A stretch of DNA of 64,000 nt, taken from positions 271,426-335,425 of the forward strand of contig JALONL010000003.1 in the NCBI GenBank assembly GCA_025454955.1, given 5' to 3'. Below, in pieces: positions 58,956 to 64,000 of the stretch. Under the pieces are notes generated by a model. It saw only the letters and a program-made list of their open reading frames with translations, was not told the origin of the DNA and did no database searches. How positions within the stretch are numbered: the stretch's first letter is position 1; each line of letters begins with the position of its first letter. A program made the position numbers and the translations under genes. The DNA is from Bacteroidia bacterium. Its GTDB lineage: Bacteria > Bacteroidota > Bacteroidia > Palsa-965.

Positions 58956-61207
58956 TGAAATTTCAAACGACCAAACGCTCTGTTATGAAATACTTAGTGA
59001 TGCTCCTGCTGTGTGTAACAGCATTTGCCGCACAGGCTCAAACGCCCACGCAACGCCGTGCCGATCGTTACTACGACCGTCTGGCGTATGCACGAGCCAT
59101 TCCGCTGTATGAAAAACTGGCGGCTTCAAACGCTGCCGACGACCGCACGCTTATGCGTCTGGGCGATTGCTACCGCAACCTGGGCCGCTGGGGCAAGGCC
59201 GAAGAAACCTACGGCAAAGTGGCCAAAGGCGCCAGTCCTACAGCCGAGAGTTTCTACAACTACGCCCAGGCTTTGCGTGCCAATGGCAAGTACGATGAAA
59301 GCCTGCTGTGGATGGATAAATTTCACGGCATACAGCTTGCCGACCGGCGCGGAACGGAACACGTAACCCGCCGCGATTTCATCCAGAAAATAAACGGCCA
59401 GCCTGCTTATTTCGATTTGCAGTCGCTCGACATCAACACCGCCCAGGCCGATTTCGGCACCGGGTTTTACAAAGACAAAGTGGTGTTTACCTCTTCGCGT
59501 CGCAAGCGTGCGGGCGTGGTAACCATTCACGCATGGAACAACAATCCGTTTCTCGATCTCTTTGTGGCCGGCCGCGATTCATCTACCGGTAAGTTGAGCA
59601 ATGCCACTTTGCTTAGTCGCAAAACCAACACCCGCTATCACGAAGGCCCTGCCTGTTTTACCTCAAACGGCATGACCATGTACTTTACGCGAAACAATTA
59701 TTTCAATAAAGAGTATCGCAAAGACAGCAAGGGTGTAAACAACCTGAAAATTTTCCGCGCTGTGTGGAACGGTACTGCCTGGGTGGAAGAAAATCTGCCC
59801 ATAAACAGCGATGAATTTTCGGTAGGTCACCCCGCACTCAGCCCCGACGGAAACTGGCTTTATTTTGTGAGCGATATGCCCGGCGGCATTGGCGGAACGG
59901 ATGTATATCGTGTGGCGATTTCGGAAGCCGGAAAATTAGGTGTGCCCCAGAATCTGGGCAACGTAATCAATACCGAAGGCAACGAAATGTTTCCATTTGT
60001 GGATAAAGACGGTAATCTTTTCTTTGCATCCAACGGGCACGTAGGTTTGGGCGGATTAGATGTAAACTATGCAGCTCCCAAAGGCGATGGTTTTGCCAAG
60101 CCCGAAAACCTGGGCGCACCCGTGAACACACCCGACGATGATTTTGCGCTCGTGCTGGATGCTTCGGGCAAAGGCTATTTGTCGAGCAACCGTGCCGGCG
60201 GGAAAGGCGATGATGATATTTACGCCGTTCGTCTGGTTCGTCCGCTCAAACAAACCTACCTCGTAAAAGGTGTGGCCAAAGACAAGCGTGCCGATGTACT
60301 GCTTGCCGGTGCCGAAATTTCGCTGCGCGATGCTGCCGGAAATGTGATTCAAACCGTGACAACCGGTGTGGATGGAAATTATCAGTTTGAAGTTGATCCT
60401 GCCAAAGAGTATTCCATTACCGGCACAAAGGAAAAGTATTTCGATGGCGTGAATAAATTCAACACCAACGAACTTGGCGAGAAAACAGAACTTGTAAAGG
60501 ATGTGGAGCTTGAAAAAGACCCCGGCCTTTCGCTGTATGCGCTGGTTACCGACAAAACAAACGGCAAGCCGCTGGATGGCGTGAAAATGGTAATTACCGA
60601 CAACATCACCGGCCAGCCGGTTACCGATATGCTTACACCCGTGTCGGGCGATTTCCGCAAGCCGTTGCCCGAGAAAAAAATCGGCGACCGCATCAGCTAC
60701 AACATCAAGCTTGACAAGGAAGGTTACTTAGGCAAGGTGGTTACGTTTAATGCGTCGATTGAAAAAGCCGGCGAAATTAAAGTACACGAGGCAATGGATC
60801 TTTCGCTCGACAAGATTCAGGTGGGAGCCGACCTTGCCAAGATTATCGACATCAAGCCCATTTATTTCGATCTGGGCAAGTCAAACATCCGTCCCGATGC
60901 GGCTGCCGAGCTCGACAAGATTGTGAAGGTAATGAAGGAAAATCCCACAATGGTAATCGAACTCGGTTCGCATACCGACTGCCGTTCGAGCGCCGCTTCC
61001 AACATGGCACTGAGCGATCGTCGCGCCAAATCGTCGGCAGCGTACATTATTTCCAAAGGCATTGATGCCAGTCGCATTTACGGCAAAGGCTACGGCGAAA
61101 CCAAACTAATAAACGGCTGCGCCTGCGAAGGTGCCGTAAAGTCAACCTGCTCGGAGCAGGAGCACCAGCAGAACCGCCGTACTGAGTTTATTATTGTGAA
61201 GATGTAA
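58955..61207 (+). CDS. PorE-like protein (TPR, PD40 propeller, carboxypeptidase-regulatory-like, OmpA C-terminal domain)
   Basis: TPR-like N-terminus, YFVSDMPGG.GG.D, NT.GNEMFP, IYFDLGKS.IR, ELGSHTD.R, GYGE and NRRTEF. Confidence 0.9.
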   Translation: MKFQTTKRSVMKYLVMLLLCVTAFAAQAQTPTQRRADRYYDRLAYARAIPLYEKLAASNAADDRTLMRLGDCYRNLGRWGKAEETYGKVAKGASPTAESFYNYAQALRANGKYDESLLWMDKFHGIQLADRRGTEHVTRRDFIQKINGQPAYFDLQSLDINTAQADFGTGFYKDKVVFTSSRRKRAGVVTIHAWNNNPFLDLFVAGRDSSTGKLSNATLLSRKTNTRYHEGPACFTSNGMTMYFTRNNYFNKEYRKDSKGVNNLKIFRAVWNGTAWVEENLPINSDEFSVGHPALSPDGNWLYFVSDMPGGIGGTDVYRVAISEAGKLGVPQNLGNVINTEGNEMFPFVDKDGNLFFASNGHVGLGGLDVNYAAPKGDGFAKPENLGAPVNTPDDDFALVLDASGKGYLSSNRAGGKGDDDIYAVRLVRPLKQTYLVKGVAKDKRADVLLAGAEISLRDAAGNVIQTVTTGVDGNYQFEVDPAKEYSITGTKEKYFDGVNKFNTNELGEKTELVKDVELEKDPGLSLYALVTDKTNGKPLDGVKMVITDNITGQPVTDMLTPVSGDFRKPLPEKKIGDRISYNIKLDKEGYLGKVVTFNASIEKAGEIKVHEAMDLSLDKIQVGADLAKIIDIKPIYFDLGKSNIRPDAAAELDKIVKVMKENPTMVIELGSHTDCRSSAASNMALSDRRAKSSAAYIISKGIDASRIYGKGYGETKLINGCACEGAVKSTCSEQEHQQNRRTEFIIVKM

Positions 61208-61229
61208 ATCAATTTTTTAGCTGAATCTG

Positions 61230-61267
61230 AAGCCGCCTGTGTAAGAATTTATGCAGGCGGCTTTTTT
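61230..61267 (+). terminator. Terminator of the adhesin-porP-porE operon
   Basis: Stem AAGCCGCCTG/CAGGCGGCTT followed by a T-tract. Confidence 0.8.
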
Positions 61268-61344
61268 GTGATTTTGATGCTGCAGGCGTGATGATTCTCC
61301 AGCCCCCGACAAAAAATGTCAGGGCAGGCTGAGATTGCAGCGGA

Positions 61345-61442
61345 AACACCGCAACAGCAAAAACAGTTGTGTGCCCAACTCTCCGAGGTTTTCGGAAACC
61401 TCGGAGAGTTGAGTGGTTTTTTGTTTTTGCTGTTGCGGTGTT
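61345..61442. repeat. 98-nt nested palindrome (REP/MITE-like)
   Basis: Perfect 21-bp outer arms (61345-61365 / 61422-61442) and perfect 16-bp inner arms (61376-61391 / 61396-61411). Confidence 0.85.
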
Positions 61443-61500
61443 GGAGCGTAAAGCCCAAGCCAAGCGGTTCTAAATTGCTTCCCCGGTTCGCTCCAAAAAA

Positions 61501-61839
61501 TTAAAAATACCCCTGCACCGAATCCCACTCCACAATTACAAACACCAGCGCCACACACACCGCCAGCGCCGAAACGCAGCAACCCACAATGGCCAGCGTG
61601 CGGGCCGTGCGTATGCGCTGCACCGAAACACGGCTCCAGCGCGAAGGCCGTTTCTCGTACTCGCCAAGCCTGCGGCCCGTGAGTAAAAGCACAGCCACCC
61701 CAATGCCCACACCTATAATTCCCGCAAAAACAATGGAAGCCACGCCCAGCACAATAAGTAAACGGCTGCCCGACAAATCGGGCGGCGGCGGCGGTGGAGA
61801 GGCTTGCTGCTTGCTGTCGGGGTAATATGGATACGGCAT
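61501..61839 (-). CDS. Small membrane protein (CCC-motif/DUF4190-like)
   Basis: Poly-Pro N-terminus, LIVLGVASIV, Y...P..W and ARTLAIVG. Resembles 16087..16431. TAACTTTG box at 61847-61854. Confidence 0.65.
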   Translation of the reverse strand: MPYPYYPDSKQQASPPPPPPDLSGSRLLIVLGVASIVFAGIIGVGIGVAVLLLTGRRLGEYEKRPSRWSRVSVQRIRTARTLAIVGCCVSALAVCVALVFVIVEWDSVQGYF

Positions 61840-61927
61840 ATCCCTGCAAAGTTAGCCGAACAGATTATTTGACCAACAGCACGAACCGCGCTGCCAGTTA
61901 TGCCCGGCTAAAAATTTTAGCCACCCC

Positions 61928-61954
61928 TGTAACAAGCAGTCGTGCAGCCCCGTC
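61928..61954 (+). promoter_or_regulatory. Putative ECF sigma promoter
   Basis: TGTAAC-N17-CGTC. Confidence 0.5.
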
Positions 61955-61994
61955 ATATTCACAAACAACGACAAAACGTACAAAAACATATACC

Positions 61995-62342
61995 ATGAAA
62001 ACCATCGTCCTTTTCCTCGCCCTTCTCGTTGCCGGTTCGGCCACAGCCATGCCTGTAAACAACACACCTGCCGCCGCCACATCGGCTGCCCAGCAGGAGT
62101 ATATTGTAAACACCATCCGCCAGGCCATTCATCTGCCCGAAGTACTTAAAACACAGGTGGGTCAGCAACGTATGCTGGTGGTATTTACCATTGATGCCGA
62201 AGGCCGTGTAAAAGTGCAGGAAGTAGGCAGCGGCAACCAGTTGGTGAAAACCTCCATTACCCGCCAGTTCGAAAACCTTCAGTTTGCGGCCACCGGTAAA
62301 ACAGAAATGTATTCTATCTGGTTAAATTTCAATGTATTGTAA
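61995..62342 (+). CDS. Small exported protein, TonB C-terminal-like
   Basis: Signal peptide MKTIVLFLALLVAGSATA and IHLPE.....G...LVVFTIDAEGRVKV. Start moved to ATG 61995. Confidence 0.6.
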   Translation: MKTIVLFLALLVAGSATAMPVNNTPAAATSAAQQEYIVNTIRQAIHLPEVLKTQVGQQRMLVVFTIDAEGRVKVQEVGSGNQLVKTSITRQFENLQFAATGKTEMYSIWLNFNVL

Positions 62343-62359
62343 TAAATTTACAGCCGGGT

Positions 62360-62385
62360 TGTAACAATAAGTCCGGTATATCGTC
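62360..62385 (+). promoter_or_regulatory. Putative ECF sigma promoter
   Basis: TGTAAC-N16-CGTC. Confidence 0.5.
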
Positions 62386-62427
62386 CCACAAATACAAAGT
62401 ATAAGCATATTTATCCCCCCGAATAAA

Positions 62428-63891
62428 ATGAAAACGATGAATCACATATTGATGAGTGTGGCCGCCGCAGTGGTTTTTGCCGGCACACTCGGCGCACAGA
62501 GTAAGGATGTGCGCAGTGTTGGCGATTTTCGCGGCATCCGCACCGAGGGAGCCGTGGTAGTGGTACTCAAGCAAAGTGCCGATTCAAACTCGGTAGTGGT
62601 GGAAGCCGCCACACCCAAAGCCGCGCAGCTTGTAAGCACCACTATTTCCGACGGAATTCTCATCATTAACACCGATAAAGCCGAACGTGCCGACGGAAAC
62701 CAGATTACAGTACGTGTGGCCGCCCGCAAACTCAACTCAATTGAAGCTACCGGCGGCTCGGTGGTGAAATGCAAGGACACGCTTCAAACCGACTCCATGA
62801 AGCTGCAGTTTTCGGGTGCCACCGAAGGCAAGGTGCTGGTTAAGGCTCAAAAAGTGGATGCGCAAACCTCGGGTGCCGCCGAACTCAAGATCTATGGCGA
62901 AACCGATAAGTTTACTGCCGTGGCCAGTGGTGCTTCCGAACTCAAAGCCTTCCAGCTTCGTGCGCAAACAGCCGAAATCACGGCCTCGGGTGCTTCTACC
63001 CTGCATACGTCGGTGTATAAGTCAGTTTCGGGCACGGCAAGCGGTGCATCTACGGTGCGCTACTACGGGCCGCAGTCGCAAAACATCTTCAAATCGGGCG
63101 GTGCCGAAATCGAACACCGCGAAGGCGAAGCTGCAAGAGCCGGTACCAGCCCCTCAGACACCATCAGCATTAAAGTAGGTAAACGTACCGTGAATGTAGT
63201 GGATGGCGAATGGGTGAACGAAGACGAGTTTTCCGACCGCGAGAAAAAAGCACGCGACGACGACTTTAAATTCTGGCGCGGCTTCGACATCGGTGTAAAC
63301 GGTTACCTCAGTGCCGACAACAAAATTGAACTGCCCAATGGCTTCGAACCATTCGAACTCAACTACGCCAGGTCGTATGTGTTTGGCTGGAACATGTTTC
63401 AGAAAAACCTGCACATTTACCGCAACAACGTGAACCTCGGCACCGGACTCGGACTTACCTGGTATCACTACAATTTCCGCGGCAATTACACACTTGCATC
63501 CAACGTACCGTTTCAAAGCTCAGACTTCGATTCCACACGCAACTTCAGCCGCAACCGTTTAAACATGTGCTATGTAAATGTGCCGCTGTTCCTTGAGTTC
63601 AACACCAACAACGACGACGCAGACCGTTCGTTCCACGTAGCAGCCGGTATGCAGTTTGGCTACAACATTTTCAGAAACAAACTCAAGCAGCGTTTCGAAA
63701 TGGACGGCCAAACCCAGAAGCGCACCATCAGAGATAACTACAATGTAAATCCGTTCCGGTTCGATGCCATTGCCCGCATCGGTTACGGCGACTTCACACT
63801 CTTTGGTTCCTATTCACTCACCACATTGTTTGAGCGCGAAAAAGGGCCGGTGTTTTATCCCTGGTCGGCCGGTTTGAGTTTGAATTTCTAA
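62428..63891 (+). CDS. GIN/DUF2807 beta-solenoid domain fused to an outer-membrane beta-barrel
   Basis: Signal peptide, R.VGDF.GI, repeated ASGAS and VRYYGP. Then W.GFDIGVNGY, YVNVPL.LEF, ARIGYG and a C-terminal AGLSLNF beta-signal. Confidence 0.8.
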   Translation: MKTMNHILMSVAAAVVFAGTLGAQSKDVRSVGDFRGIRTEGAVVVVLKQSADSNSVVVEAATPKAAQLVSTTISDGILIINTDKAERADGNQITVRVAARKLNSIEATGGSVVKCKDTLQTDSMKLQFSGATEGKVLVKAQKVDAQTSGAAELKIYGETDKFTAVASGASELKAFQLRAQTAEITASGASTLHTSVYKSVSGTASGASTVRYYGPQSQNIFKSGGAEIEHREGEAARAGTSPSDTISIKVGKRTVNVVDGEWVNEDEFSDREKKARDDDFKFWRGFDIGVNGYLSADNKIELPNGFEPFELNYARSYVFGWNMFQKNLHIYRNNVNLGTGLGLTWYHYNFRGNYTLASNVPFQSSDFDSTRNFSRNRLNMCYVNVPLFLEFNTNNDDADRSFHVAAGMQFGYNIFRNKLKQRFEMDGQTQKRTIRDNYNVNPFRFDAIARIGYGDFTLFGSYSLTTLFEREKGPVFYPWSAGLSLNF

Positions 63892-63932
63892 GCCGGTTAT
63901 CGCGAAACGATTTTCTGTTGCAGCAGATTTTT

Positions 63933-63977
63933 AACCGCCCGCCCCGCTTTGCTTCCGCAGGGGCGGGCGGTTTTTTT
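63933..63977 (+). terminator. Intrinsic terminator
   Basis: Stem AACCGCCCGCCCC/GGGGCGGGCGGTT followed by a T-tract. Confidence 0.85.
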
Positions 63978-64000
63978 GGGCGGGGTTATTCTTTATCGTC

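Overview
64 kb of a Bacteroidota chromosome, judged from type IX secretion (T9SS) cargo and PorP/SprF genes, recurrent TAnnTTTG promoter boxes and no obvious Shine-Dalgarno motifs before start codons. Most of it is core metabolism and translation: aminotransferase, manC, fumC, frameshifted prfB, gcvP, fbp, lysC, mgtE, rsmA, serS, rplU-rpmA, kynU-kmo and hemL. The accessory content is: (i) two AT-rich ABC-ATPase + TOPRIM-like gene pairs (ATPase/DUF4276-like and RloA/RloB) inserted among core genes with no integrase, both candidate anti-phage cassettes; (ii) two pairs of paralogous T9SS type A cargo genes of unknown function, one pair a candidate glycosylated surface-coat system; (iii) a 14 kb gene for a ~4,700-aa type B CTD surface protein with its own PorP/SprF and PorE-like partners; (iv) a 98-nt nested palindrome; and (v) a putative ECF-sigma-controlled module of a TonB-C-like protein and a GIN-domain/beta-barrel fusion. 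The giant protein has a propeller head, 15 Ig-like repeats, ~2,500 aa of hierarchical Asp-rich repeats and ~3,900 residues in which I found no lysine. I recognised no rRNA, tRNA, CRISPR array, transposase, integrase or reverse transcriptase. All family calls come from reading motifs by eye, not from database searches.
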